Assembly (NCBI GenBank): GCA_963663165.1
Contig: OY760175.1
Span: 1,376,001-1,440,000 of the forward strand
Source: an uncultured Desulfospira sp.
GTDB taxonomy: Bacteria; Desulfobacterota; Desulfobacteria; Desulfobacterales; Desulfobacteraceae
DNA length: 64,000 bases
Direction: 5' to 3'
A model generated the notes under the pieces. It saw nothing but the letters and a program-made list of their open reading frames with translations, ran no database searches and was not told the origin of the DNA. This document shows positions 1-9,091 of this stretch, piece by piece (positions within the stretch are counted from its first letter, which is position 1; the number at the start of each line of letters is the position of its first letter). Both the position numbers and the translations under genes were made by a program.

Positions 1-151
1 AGTTGAACAGATATATATGGCCGTCAAAGGCGACATGAGAAAATTTAAAGAAATCTGTACAGACTGTCAGGACAGGGCAAAGGAGTTGAACCACAACTTT
101 GTTGATATCAATCTTGCCCTGGAATTTATATCCGACCTTCCTCCCCAGTAA
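1..151 (+). CDS. 3' end of a gene truncated by the window edge, possibly the lid region of a transposition-helper AAA ATPase
   Basis: Frame 2 is open: VEQIYMAVKGDMRKFKEICTDCQDRAKELNHNFVDINLALEFISDLPPQ, stop TAA at 149-151. 'G.MR' resembles an AAA lid motif. Confidence 0.4.
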   Translation, partial: VEQIYMAVKGDMRKFKEICTDCQDRAKELNHNFVDINLALEFISDLPPQ

Positions 152-176
152 TCCTTATCACAATTTATCTGCACTA

Positions 177-213
177 ACAGGCCACCTTGTGTTAGCACCA
201 AGGGCGGCCTTGT
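177..213 (+). terminator. Hairpin, probable terminator
   Basis: AGGCCACCTTG...CAAGGGCGGCCT imperfect stem just downstream of the stop at 151. Confidence 0.45.
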
Positions 214-603
214 TGTATCTGTTCATTATATAATGGTGCCGATGCCTGCTTGATCTATTGTTAATGTCTTGAAACCACAGACCATTTTTGAGTTCTTTTT
301 GGACCGTTACATTATTTTGCAATTATTCTTTTGATGACGATTTCACTCAACACTTTTAAATCACAATAAAAACATTGATTTTTATCGGTAGCATCAAGCC
401 TCAACACCGTTACAGTATTTGAAGCTCGTCAAAAGCTGTGATTATTGGCAAAACCTTCTTAAGGGTCTATAGTCTGTGATACTTGATATCTTTAGCGAAT
501 ATTCTCGATTATAACCGGATTGCAATATTTTGAATCTTTGATAAAATATTTATTCAGTAATGTTGAGGCCATCACAACAAAAATAGAGAATAGAGGGCTT
601 ATC

Positions 604-825
604 ATGCATCACAACACAATTTCTCCCAGCGAACAAGAAAGGTTCATTCTGGCCAAAATCAGGATGCTGCCTCCGGATAAAATTGCCGAGGTTTCAAATT
701 TTGTGGACTTTATCAGCCAAAAAAACCAGGACCGGAAACTGAGCAAAGCCGCCCGTGAAATGGCGGAAGACGCATTCAAAAGAGTCTGGGATAATGCCGA
801 GGATGACGCATATGATCGCCTATAA
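604..825 (+). CDS. Putative antitoxin (DUF2281-like) of a type II TA pair
   Basis: 73-aa ORF from ATG604 (LPPDKIAEVSNFVDFI...VWDNAEDDAYD). It overlaps the start of the downstream PemK-like toxin. Confidence 0.75.
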   Translation: MHHNTISPSEQERFILAKIRMLPPDKIAEVSNFVDFISQKNQDRKLSKAAREMAEDAFKRVWDNAEDDAYDRL

Positions 826-1150
826 CTTCGGGGATGTTATACTGGTGCCATTTCCATTTACTGATCAGAGTACAAGTAAAAAGCGCCCGGCGGTCATCAT
901 CAGCTCAAACTCATATAATCAAGAACGGCCGGATGTTGTAATTATGGCCATCACCAGTCAAATCCACGGTTCTGGTTATTTTGGTGATATCCGTATCCAA
1001 AAATGGCAGCAGGCCGGTCTTTTAAAAGCATCAGTCATCAAGCCGATTCTGACTACCGTTGAAAAAGGCCTCATCATAAAAAAATTAGGCTGCCTCTCTG
1101 ACAATGATCAAGAAGCCTTGAACAAAGGACTGCAAACTATTATTGGATAA
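812..1150 (+). CDS. PemK/MazF family toxin (endoribonuclease)
   Basis: GDVILVPFPFTDQSTSKKRPAVIIS and AITSQ motifs; ATG812 lies inside the antitoxin 3' end. Confidence 0.9.
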   Translation: MIAYNFGDVILVPFPFTDQSTSKKRPAVIISSNSYNQERPDVVIMAITSQIHGSGYFGDIRIQKWQQAGLLKASVIKPILTTVEKGLIIKKLGCLSDNDQEALNKGLQTIIG

Positions 1151-1198
1151 TTCTATCATTTTTTTATGAGATCGGAACATATAAAATAGAAGCCAGCA

Positions 1199-1310
1199 AC
1201 CTTAAATCGATGTTTTTGGGGGTAAAAACAGTCGATTAAGCCCGTTTTAGGCCCCCAAATAAGCAGGTAATCCTTTAATAACTGCTGGTTAGCGTGGCCC
1301 GACCCCACCG
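1199..1310 (-). repeat. Dispersed ~110-bp repeat 'A', inverted copy
   Basis: Its reverse complement matches the copies at about 2817, 3000 and 4683 (ACCAGCwGTTATTAAA...CCTAAAACGrGCTTAATCGACT...CCCCCAAAA...TTTAAGG). Confidence 0.85.
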
Positions 1311-1384
1311 CGACCCACCGCGGTCCGTGCCCACCGCGCTCCGTCCGGCACCCAAGTCCCAACTATGTACTTTTTTTCAACATG

Positions 1385-1424
1385 TGTGAAAACTTTTTCA
1401 CACCGTTGTGAACTTTTTTTCACA
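1385..1424. promoter_or_regulatory. Tandem palindromic upstream activator sites for a sigma54 enhancer-binding protein
   Basis: TGTGAAAACTTTTTCACA (1385-1402) and TGTGAACTTTTTTTCACA (1407-1424), 22 bp apart and about 150-190 bp upstream of the -24 box. Confidence 0.7.
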
Positions 1425-1573
1425 ATGAGTGTTTTCCCTGATTTTTCAGCTTTCATTTTTTAATGGGGTTGTATTAAGACAATAAATAATTTCGTCTACA
1501 ACCGTTTGAATTATAAGCTTTTTAAATCCATAAATCCTAAAAGAAGAAAATAATTGACACTTTTAAAAAATTA

Positions 1574-1589
1574 TGGCACTGTTATTGCA
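1574..1589 (+). promoter_or_regulatory. Sigma54 (-24/-12) promoter of the PEP-CTERM gene
   Basis: TGGCAC-TGTTA-TTGCA matches the TGGCAC-N5-TTGCW consensus. Confidence 0.85.
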
Positions 1590-1790
1590 TTTATAGATTA
1601 GCGTTACACAATGAAAAAAGTAGCAAACTTAAAATTGTACCATCAGAAAGGAGGCTAAATTAGGTACAGGGTTTGGTAAGAATTTTAACTTGGGGATAAA
1701 TTAAGTATCGTCCCCGGAATTTTGAAATTTAATTAAGAAGGGGGCTGTCCCCCCGGAATTAGAATTAAGACTTAAAAGAGGATTATAATC

Positions 1791-2720
1791 ATGAAATTTT
1801 TACGTTTGTTATTAGTGGCAAGTTTGTTGGTATTGTTTTCCAACAGCGCTTATGCTGACCCCTTTGCCATAGACCTTGACGGTGATGGTGATCTTGATAC
1901 TGGTACGGGTATCGGTGGTGCTTATGTAGATGAGATAGACTACTCAAGCTATGGTATTGTAGACCTTTACATTAATAGTATTACTACGGAACTTTCAGGT
2001 GATTTTAATGAACTCGCAGTCATTAAAGTTAGCGACAGTGAATTTTCTGGTGTTGGTGATTATGAAATGACAATTGTTCTTCAGGGTTCCGGTACCTTCA
2101 CTGCTGATTATGAGACTAATACTTCAGGAGACATCATAGTGGGGGATCAGGATTTTAGTTTCACTTCCGGTTCGCTGTCGATATACATAGACGATGGCAC
2201 TAATGTAAATTTCCTATCCACAGTTGCTGATGATGGAACTTATGTCGGTGCGGACGATGGTGACAAGGTTGCGACCTTCACCTTGACAACCGGCAACGGT
2301 ACTCTTCAGACTACTGAAGGTGAGACGGACAATGTTGATATCTGGAGCCTTCTTCTCGACTCTATTGCAGAGGACACCTTTTTCTTTGAAACTGGAATTG
2401 ATTTTAATGATGTTCTTGATCTAATTGCCGGGATTTTCGTACAACTCTACACCAATGATACCAACGAAGTACTTACTGATTCTGATATAATTGCCGGTCT
2501 TGAAGATGATCTTCAAAATGAACTTGCCGATGGTAATTACACTGAGATGTCCGGTGTTATCAAAGATCCAGATACAGGTGACGTAGTAGCTGAAGCTACC
2601 AGAATTTATGTTGAAACAGAAGGCTCGGCTGAGTTCTCTATCGTTCCCGAACCTACTACCATGCTTCTTTTCGGGCTTGGCCTTCTCGGCTTTGCCGGCT
2701 TGGGCAGAAGAAAGATTTAA
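1791..2720 (+). CDS. PEP-CTERM sorting domain protein, acidic (similar to flocculation-associated PepA types)
   Basis: Signal peptide ending SAYA; C-terminal VPEPTTMLLFGLGLLGFAGLGRRKI; GAGGA RBS. Confidence 0.95.
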   Translation: MKFLRLLLVASLLVLFSNSAYADPFAIDLDGDGDLDTGTGIGGAYVDEIDYSSYGIVDLYINSITTELSGDFNELAVIKVSDSEFSGVGDYEMTIVLQGSGTFTADYETNTSGDIIVGDQDFSFTSGSLSIYIDDGTNVNFLSTVADDGTYVGADDGDKVATFTLTTGNGTLQTTEGETDNVDIWSLLLDSIAEDTFFFETGIDFNDVLDLIAGIFVQLYTNDTNEVLTDSDIIAGLEDDLQNELADGNYTEMSGVIKDPDTGDVVAEATRIYVETEGSAEFSIVPEPTTMLLFGLGLLGFAGLGRRKI

Positions 2721-2752
2721 GCTTTAGATTATCGTTTTTTACTTTCGTTACA

Positions 2753-2787
2753 AAAAACCCGGTAGCTTGTGAGGCTACCGGGTTTTT
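2753..2787 (+). terminator. Rho-independent terminator, potentially bidirectional
   Basis: AAAAACCCGGTAGC-TTGTGAG-GCTACCGGGTTTTT perfect stem. Confidence 0.9.
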
Positions 2788-2816
2788 GTTATTGTGCGAT
2801 TATGGTCAAAATCTAG

Positions 2817-3176
2817 GCGGGGGTCGGTCCGCGCCAACCAGCTGTTATTAAACGATTAACTGTTTAAAAACTGCCCTAAAACGAGCTTAATCGACTCTTT
2901 TCACCCCCCAAAACACTGATTTAAGGATTTAACCCCAAATTCGATACTGTAAAATGGTATGGAAAGAATACGATTTTTAATATCCATATCATCCTTACGG
3001 GTCGGGGTCGGGCCACGCAAACCAGCTGTTATTAAACGATTAACTGTTTAAAAACTGCCCTAAAACGAGCTTAATCGACTCTTTTCACCCCCCAAAACGC
3101 TGATTTAAGGATTTAACCCCAAATTCGATACTGTAAAATGGTATGGAAAGAATACGATTTTTAATATCCATATCAT
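2817..3176 (+). repeat. Tandem duplication (period 184 bp) of repeat A plus the 3' end of the AAA ATPase gene
   Basis: 2820-2992 is near-identical to 3004-3176. Confidence 0.9.
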
Positions 3177-4422
3177 AGCCTGCCTGTGAAATTTTTATGC
3201 CAAAGTCAGATTTGAACGTATCAATAAACAGATGCATGCTTTTCATGTGCCCGTTGGCGCCGGATTTAACCTCAACGGGGATAACTTTCTCATTTTTTAC
3301 AATAAGGTAGTCTATTTCGGCGGTACTGTTCCGGGCGGCGCGGGCCCAATAATAAAGCGACGGCTTTGTATAGGCAGACTGATTTGCCATTAACTGCTGC
3401 CCTACAAACTGCTCGGAAACAGCGCCTTTAAAAATATCTGTAAAATCTTTTGCCCGGGCTGTTTCACCATAAATGTGATTCATTGCATGCATGAGTCCAA
3501 CATCAAGAAACAATGCCTTAAAATAGTTTTCTTTTGCACCGGCTTCTAAAGGCAGACCGGCGCCGCTTGTGGATTTGATCCTGACAATAACGCCTGCCAT
3601 TTCCAATAATTCAACAGCCTCTTTTAACTCTCTGGATTTAATGGAGCTGTCAATATTGGTGTAAACAAATTTTTGGCCCACCATTTTAGGCACGGCATAG
3701 AATACTTTTCGCAAATATCTGTGTTTCACTTTTTTTGCGTATTTCCCAAAGTCATCCATATACGTGTCAACTATTGACTGCTGGATTCTCTGGCATTTTT
3801 CAATATTTCCGGATAACCTATACTCCTGAAGCACCGCCGGCATACCACCTAATAAAAAGAATTTTCTAACATATTCAAGCAAACGGATATGAAGCGCCTC
3901 AGGCAATTTTTGCAGTTCAACTTTATTGTTTATATGTTTTCTCAGGGCTGTTTCGCCCATTGCATCAAGAAACTCCCCGTATGACAGGGGAAACATATAC
4001 AGGTACTGGACCCGGCCAACGGGCATACGAAAATTCTCAGAGTTCAAAGTAAATTCAACCAAAGATCCGGCGGCAATAACATGTAACTTGGGAAGTTCCT
4101 CGAAGAAATACCTTAATGCCATAATGGCTGCCGGGCAATCCTGTATTTCATCTAAAAAAAGCAATGTTTTTCCAATACTGGCTTGCTGCTGGGAAAACAA
4201 AAATATTTTTTCTAGAATTTCAACGGGATCAATACTTGTAAAAATCTCTTTATATTCAGGGTTCTTTTCAAAATTGAGTTCAATATAATTTTCAAATTCT
4301 TCCTTCCCAAAATGCCTGACCACATATGTTTTTCCAACTTGCCGTGGGCCACGGATAATTAATGGGCGCCTGTTTGATTCGGCTTTCCATTGCACAAGGA
4401 CTTCATATACATCTCTTTTCAT
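3085..4422 (-). CDS. AAA+ ATPase with DUF4143/PD-(D/E)XK-like C-terminus (AAA_14 family)
   Basis: Walker A GPRQVGKT, Walker B LFLDEIQ, GGMP, and C-terminal EIDYL...PVEVKS. Confidence 0.9.
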   Translation of the reverse strand: MKRDVYEVLVQWKAESNRRPLIIRGPRQVGKTYVVRHFGKEEFENYIELNFEKNPEYKEIFTSIDPVEILEKIFLFSQQQASIGKTLLFLDEIQDCPAAIMALRYFFEELPKLHVIAAGSLVEFTLNSENFRMPVGRVQYLYMFPLSYGEFLDAMGETALRKHINNKVELQKLPEALHIRLLEYVRKFFLLGGMPAVLQEYRLSGNIEKCQRIQQSIVDTYMDDFGKYAKKVKHRYLRKVFYAVPKMVGQKFVYTNIDSSIKSRELKEAVELLEMAGVIVRIKSTSGAGLPLEAGAKENYFKALFLDVGLMHAMNHIYGETARAKDFTDIFKGAVSEQFVGQQLMANQSAYTKPSLYYWARAARNSTAEIDYLIVKNEKVIPVEVKSGANGHMKSMHLFIDTFKSDFGIKISQAGYDMDIKNRILSIPFYSIEFGVKSLNQRFGG

Positions 4423-4590
4423 TATCCATATCTCGTATTATAAATGGTTAATGAATTATAAAAGGGAGATGGCCGAAATACAAGGATATTTTCTATAGAA
4501 ATTGGACTTTTTCCAAGGTAAAAACAGATGTTTTTTGGACAAAATCCTGTCTGCGCCTTTGCACCGAGGGCTTCGCCCTATTTTTTTATA

Positions 4591-4673
4591 TTCTCACGCT
4601 AAGGCGCTAAGGCGCAAAGAAACAGCATTGCCCAAGGGGAATTTAAACTTTGCGCCTTTGCGCCTTTGCGAGA
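4591..4673. repeat. Octamer-based inverted repeat 'B' (GCGCAAAG/CTTTGCGC hairpin)
   Basis: CTCACGCTAAGGCGCTAAGGCGCAAAG...CTTTGCGCCTTTGCGCCTTTGCGAGA. Confidence 0.85.
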
Positions 4674-4682
4674 TTATGGTTA

Positions 4683-4798
4683 GGCGGGGGGGCGGGCCAC
4701 GCCAACCAGCTGTTATTAAACGATTAACTGTTTAAAAACGGCCCTAAAACGAGCTTAATCGACTTTTTTCACCCCCAAAAACACTGATTTAAGGATTT
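4683..4798 (+). repeat. Repeat 'A' copy
   Basis: Near-identical to the copies at 2817-2930 and 3000-3114; sits just past the Uma2 stop codon. Confidence 0.9.
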
Positions 4799-4806
4799 GG
4801 CTGATC

Positions 4807-5394
4807 CTATTTTGATTCAAACCTAATATCCCAATAGATTTCAGACAGCGGCAACTGGCAATTAACGGATTCCATCTTTAAAATCCGGTCTTCACCTTCG
4901 TATGAACGATATTCCCACTTACCGCCATCACCGCGTATAAATTGTTCAACATGATACTCATCCTGAGAAACAAGTATATACTCCTGAAGCGTCGGAATGG
5001 CCCGGTAATAAGCAAATTTTTTGCCTCTGTCAAAAGCCTCGGTTGACTCAGAAAGGATTTCCATTATAACAACCGGGTTTGTCAGCGTGTCAAATTCATT
5101 ATCTTCAAACTCTGGGTCACCGCAATGAATTACAATATCAGGGTAAACATAGTTGTCTGCAATTTTCACACGCATATCATTGGAAACTGCTTTACAGGCG
5201 GAGTTATCCGCTTTGAATTTATTTCTTAACTCCCCTGCCAGGTTGGCATTAATATAAATATGATTTTTTTTTGCGCCAACCATGGCAAAGACTTCACCAT
5301 CAAAAAATTCATGTTTAACATCAAGAGCGTTTCTTTCAAGGTCAAGATACTCCCCTGGTGTCATTTTATTTTTATCCTGAGCCTGTGAGGTCAT
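4807..5394 (-). CDS. Uma2 family endonuclease (DUF820)
   Basis: KHEFFDGEVFAM, YVYPDIV, EILSESTEAFDRGKKF, LQEYILV; GGAGG RBS before ATG5394. Confidence 0.92.
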   Translation of the reverse strand: MTSQAQDKNKMTPGEYLDLERNALDVKHEFFDGEVFAMVGAKKNHIYINANLAGELRNKFKADNSACKAVSNDMRVKIADNYVYPDIVIHCGDPEFEDNEFDTLTNPVVIMEILSESTEAFDRGKKFAYYRAIPTLQEYILVSQDEYHVEQFIRGDGGKWEYRSYEGEDRILKMESVNCQLPLSEIYWDIRFESK

Positions 5395-5474
5395 CTTTTC
5401 CCTCCCATTTTGATTCAATTTGCCTGAATGACTTTATACACATAATAATATACGTGCGGTTTGCCCCCCTGTCT

Positions 5475-6686
5475 CTAATATAAAAAACCAAATAAGAATA
5501 AAGGGATTTCATACCTGGAGCTAAAAAGGATGTCGTCTTTAACTAGAAATGCCTGGTCCAGATGGCCCTTTATCTGCTTTTTGCCCTTGTTTTTCCCGCC
5601 AATTTCAAAAAAAAGGCCATTGACTTCAAAATCGCCGGTGTCACTGTAATGGATCTTATGGCCACTGTTTTGTATCATTCTTATAAAAAAAATCTCCCTG
5701 ATGGTTCCAAGTTGTGAGGAAAAGCCTGTCTCATCACTGACAGCTGCATAAATATCAGGATTATCAAGATAGATTTTTTCGGTCTGCTTGAGCAGACCGC
5801 CACCGGATTTGTTCTTTTTCACAAGTTCTGCCAGACCAGATTCGTTCAAAATATTCAAATAATTCTGAACGGTTTTATGATCCAGGCCTAAGGTTTTTGC
5901 AATGCTGTTTCGGTTCAATTCCCCCGGTGGGACTGTGGAAAGATAAGAGATAATCCGCTTAAAAAAATGCAGATTCTCTGTCTTTAATTTGTAGAAATTG
6001 GCAATGTCTTCAAAAACGGTTTTTTCCACTACCCTTAATATTTTCTGATGATAGGTTGCCGTCCCCTCCAGGTGAAAAGGATAATACCCCCGGCCCAGAT
6101 AATTTTTAAAATGGCCTTTAATTTTGTTAATGCCGACCGTTTGAGCACTTATATCTGAATGGTTATTCAGAAGAATGCTAAGTTGAACCGGGGCCATATC
6201 CACCACGTTGTTAAACAGGAGATACTCCCTGAACGACAGCCCTTCCAGGCGGTACAGGACCCCTCTTCTGGACAGGTCGTGGCTTTCCCTGACAAGGTCA
6301 ATACTCGAACTTCCCGAAAAAACAATCCAGACATCCGGGTAGGCATCATAAATATTTTTTAGCTCCTGATTCCAGTTGGTATATTTATGTATTTCATCCA
6401 GAAAAAAATAGTGAACGCCGTGTTCTTCAAGCAATTCATTTACAAATTCAATCAGAAGCCCGTTAGAAAAATAAATATGGTCCATTGAAACATAAATGCA
6501 GTCATCCGGGTTTTCCATTTTTTCTTTTATGTATTGAAGCAGAAGCGTTGTTTTTCCTGTTCCCCTGGGACCAATTACGCCGGTTAAACGGCTGTCCAGG
6601 CGAAATGAATCGAAAAGGTAGCGGTGATGGGGATATTGAATTGAGTTTAGCAGTCGTTTATATGTTTGAATAAAATAAGATATCAT
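5475..6686 (-). CDS. AAA+ ATPase (AAA_14 family) with HTH-like and C-terminal nuclease-like regions
   Basis: GPRGTGKT, FFLDEIHKY, DLSRR, GYYPF, FEIGGKNKG. Start is probably ATG6686. Confidence 0.88.
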   Translation of the reverse strand: MISYFIQTYKRLLNSIQYPHHRYLFDSFRLDSRLTGVIGPRGTGKTTLLLQYIKEKMENPDDCIYVSMDHIYFSNGLLIEFVNELLEEHGVHYFFLDEIHKYTNWNQELKNIYDAYPDVWIVFSGSSSIDLVRESHDLSRRGVLYRLEGLSFREYLLFNNVVDMAPVQLSILLNNHSDISAQTVGINKIKGHFKNYLGRGYYPFHLEGTATYHQKILRVVEKTVFEDIANFYKLKTENLHFFKRIISYLSTVPPGELNRNSIAKTLGLDHKTVQNYLNILNESGLAELVKKNKSGGGLLKQTEKIYLDNPDIYAAVSDETGFSSQLGTIREIFFIRMIQNSGHKIHYSDTGDFEVNGLFFEIGGKNKGKKQIKGHLDQAFLVKDDILFSSRYEIPLFLFGFLY

Positions 6687-6688
6687 CT

Positions 6689-6739
6689 GGAGTATATTCC
6701 AACTTATTATCATTTTTTTGGGAGTATACTCCAATTATA
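6689..6739 (-). promoter_or_regulatory. -10 box followed by two palindromic operators upstream of the AAA ATPase
   Basis: TATAAT (minus strand, 6734-6739), GGAGTATACTCC (6721-6732) and GGAGTATATTCC (6689-6700). Confidence 0.55.
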
Positions 6740-6909
6740 GGAAAAAATCAAACTTTGCAAGGGGGGGGTTATCGGGTGACCCTACGACCATGCCTTCATT
6801 TGGAACACGGAGAATTGGCACGATACTAATTAATTGGATTGAATAATTGGGCAGTAAAAATTACATTTTACCCTTTGGCCTATCAAAAAACCCGCCCTCT
6901 ATTTTTATA

Positions 6910-6983
6910 TTCTCACGCTAAGGCGCTAAGGCGCAAAGAAACAGCATTGCCCAAGGGAGGTTAAGCTTTGCGCCTTTGCGAGA
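6910..6983. repeat. Repeat 'B' copy
   Basis: Direct copy of 4591-4673, including the AAACAGCATTGCCCAAGGG loop. Confidence 0.85.
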
Positions 6984-6989
6984 TTATTT

Positions 6990-9005
6990 TTATCTTCGCA
7001 AGGTTCTAACCTTCATATCGTCAGCAAACCCAAACCGGAACAGCATGATCTGTCCCCGGTTTTTATCCCTCAATACCGGGAAAAGCCGGTTATATTCCGT
7101 TTCAACCTCTTCAAGGACCTTTTGATGTCTTTTGAGGAACCCGCTTTTTCCTTCCAGTATCCAGCGCAGATAAAACAGGGTGATGGCCGTCATGGGCTGG
7201 AAGGCCATGTCCAGCGAGGTGATCGTAAGCCAGAGTCGTGAAAGGGCCCTTCCACCGGCCAGAAAATCTTTTTGATCAACCCCGTTAACCGTTAACAGGG
7301 CAGCACCCGAACTTCTGACAATCCCCTGGTATGAATGCAAGGCCACCATTCTGCCAAGCCCCAATGTGTTGGCCACATTCATTACAGCCCAGGGCCGGGT
7401 CATCTTCAGGAAGACCTCCCCTGCCGGGCCGGCTTCAAGGTTCTTTAAAGGAAAACCGTCCCGGGTTTTAAGGGCTTCCTGATCCGTAAACCGGATCATT
7501 TTCATCAAATGCTCATGCAACGGCCGGTATTCGGTCCTGATCCGGTCAATTCGATAGATGATTTTGGCAAGGGCCTTGAGCCTGTCCTTTTGGGTGATAA
7601 AATCAAGCCTGGCCCCGGGAATCTCCTTGATACTTGATTCAACGGACTGGCGCACCGAATCGTCAATGGCTTTTTTCTTATAAAATTTCCGGTTGGTGTG
7701 GCGCTGCCAGATAAAATCAGAAAGCAAATCCTTTTTAGCCTGATCCGGTATCAACCGGACAGATGCCAGCAGGTCATTGTCCGTTTTGCCGGTTTCGTCA
7801 TCAACCCGGGCCGTTATGCCAAAGGAAGACGCGGCAATCTTAATGTTTTCCAGCCCGGCCCCGCAGGCAATTATTGAAGCGATCTGCCGGAAATTAAAAA
7901 AGGACCGGTCGCAATCCTGATCAAGATACAGGTCAATCCGGTTTTTATCCTTGGTAAATTTCGAGGGCTGGCAGTTATCCCCTGAAGGTGCCTGAACCCC
8001 GGCCCGGATCAGATATTCCAGCACAGGGTCTGAAATGTCTTCATCCTTCTCCGGTGCCGGAGAAGGCCGTTCCGGGGCGTCTTCCCGTAAGCCGGGTTTG
8101 TTTCTCTGGAGCAGGAATTTAACCACCTTCATTTTTATTTTCTGTACCGGGTTTTTATTTCCCATGAACAGGTAACCCTTCTTCAGGACCTGAAGATAAG
8201 GGTCATACTGGAAATAATGGGGAGCCGGCTTCACTTTGCCTTTGCCCAACATTACCTTCAAGGCTTCTGCCGCCGCCATTCCGGAACATATCTGGCATGA
8301 AGCGTTTAAAGAAGGCCCTGCCTTTGAATCCAGGCTTACTTTTTTAAGATCCATGTATTTGACATGGGTGGCCTTTGGGGAAAGCCCTAAGGCAAAGGAA
8401 AGGTATTTTTCCTGATCCGGCATTTCGGGGCGGATATTAAAATATTCGTCAAACCCCATCCCGCCGGGAGAAAAAATCAGCATGGCCCCGCTGAAACCCA
8501 TGGGGCCGGCGGTGATCACATGAAGCCCTTTTTCCACGGCCCGTTTAAACAGCAGCCGCCTGATTTCAAAACAGAAGAAATCCAGCCCGTCAATCACCAC
8601 ATCCACCCCGTCAAGAAACTCATCAAGGTTAGATTCACTGATGCCCTGTTTGAACATGGTGATGTTGATATAGGGGTTGATGGAAAGGGCCTGCTCCGCC
8701 ATCACTTCAATTTTGGGCCTTCCAAAGTCCGGTACCCTGGCCCCGAACTGGCGGTTGATATTGGCCGGCTCGTAGGTGTCAAAATCAGCGATATGGAAGT
8801 TGCCCACACCGGACCGGACCATGGTGATCAGATGGACCCCGCCAACCCCTCCCATGCCGGGGATGGCCACCTTTGACCTTGCAAGCTTTTCCTGCTCCTG
8901 TTTGGTCAGAAGCCCGATATTCCGGGAAAAGGCCTCGGCAAAATAGCCTTCTTTGGTGGTGATGCCAAAGGATTCAATCTTTTTATACAGAGAATCAAGC
9001 TCCAT
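6990..9005 (-). CDS. ThiF/MoeB-like adenylyltransferase fused to a nitroreductase-like domain
   Basis: AFSRNIG, GMGGVGG, ADFDTYEPANINRQ (E1-like N-terminus); APSGDNCQP and RHTNR (nitroreductase-like C-terminus). Confidence 0.88.
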   Translation of the reverse strand: MELDSLYKKIESFGITTKEGYFAEAFSRNIGLLTKQEQEKLARSKVAIPGMGGVGGVHLITMVRSGVGNFHIADFDTYEPANINRQFGARVPDFGRPKIEVMAEQALSINPYINITMFKQGISESNLDEFLDGVDVVIDGLDFFCFEIRRLLFKRAVEKGLHVITAGPMGFSGAMLIFSPGGMGFDEYFNIRPEMPDQEKYLSFALGLSPKATHVKYMDLKKVSLDSKAGPSLNASCQICSGMAAAEALKVMLGKGKVKPAPHYFQYDPYLQVLKKGYLFMGNKNPVQKIKMKVVKFLLQRNKPGLREDAPERPSPAPEKDEDISDPVLEYLIRAGVQAPSGDNCQPSKFTKDKNRIDLYLDQDCDRSFFNFRQIASIIACGAGLENIKIAASSFGITARVDDETGKTDNDLLASVRLIPDQAKKDLLSDFIWQRHTNRKFYKKKAIDDSVRQSVESSIKEIPGARLDFITQKDRLKALAKIIYRIDRIRTEYRPLHEHLMKMIRFTDQEALKTRDGFPLKNLEAGPAGEVFLKMTRPWAVMNVANTLGLGRMVALHSYQGIVRSSGAALLTVNGVDQKDFLAGGRALSRLWLTITSLDMAFQPMTAITLFYLRWILEGKSGFLKRHQKVLEEVETEYNRLFPVLRDKNRGQIMLFRFGFADDMKVRTLRR

Positions 9006-9091
9006 GGAATTTCTCCTTTATTTCCTGTTGGAAAATATTATTGTCTGCCACAAAAACAATTGTGCATCTTTATATTACCGCCATACCCAAA

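Noticed and set aside
1156..1362. 68-aa ORF, and the similar 4502-4735 ORF
   Set aside because: Both are translations of repeats A/B with no RBS or recognisable protein features.
2817..4798. Integron cassette array or CRISPR array
   Set aside because: No integrase or cas gene, no attC-type RYYYAAC/GTTRRRY pairing recognised, and no regular repeat-spacer period.
6816..6832. Sigma54-like TGGCACG
   Set aside because: The -12 TTGC element is missing and no + strand gene follows.
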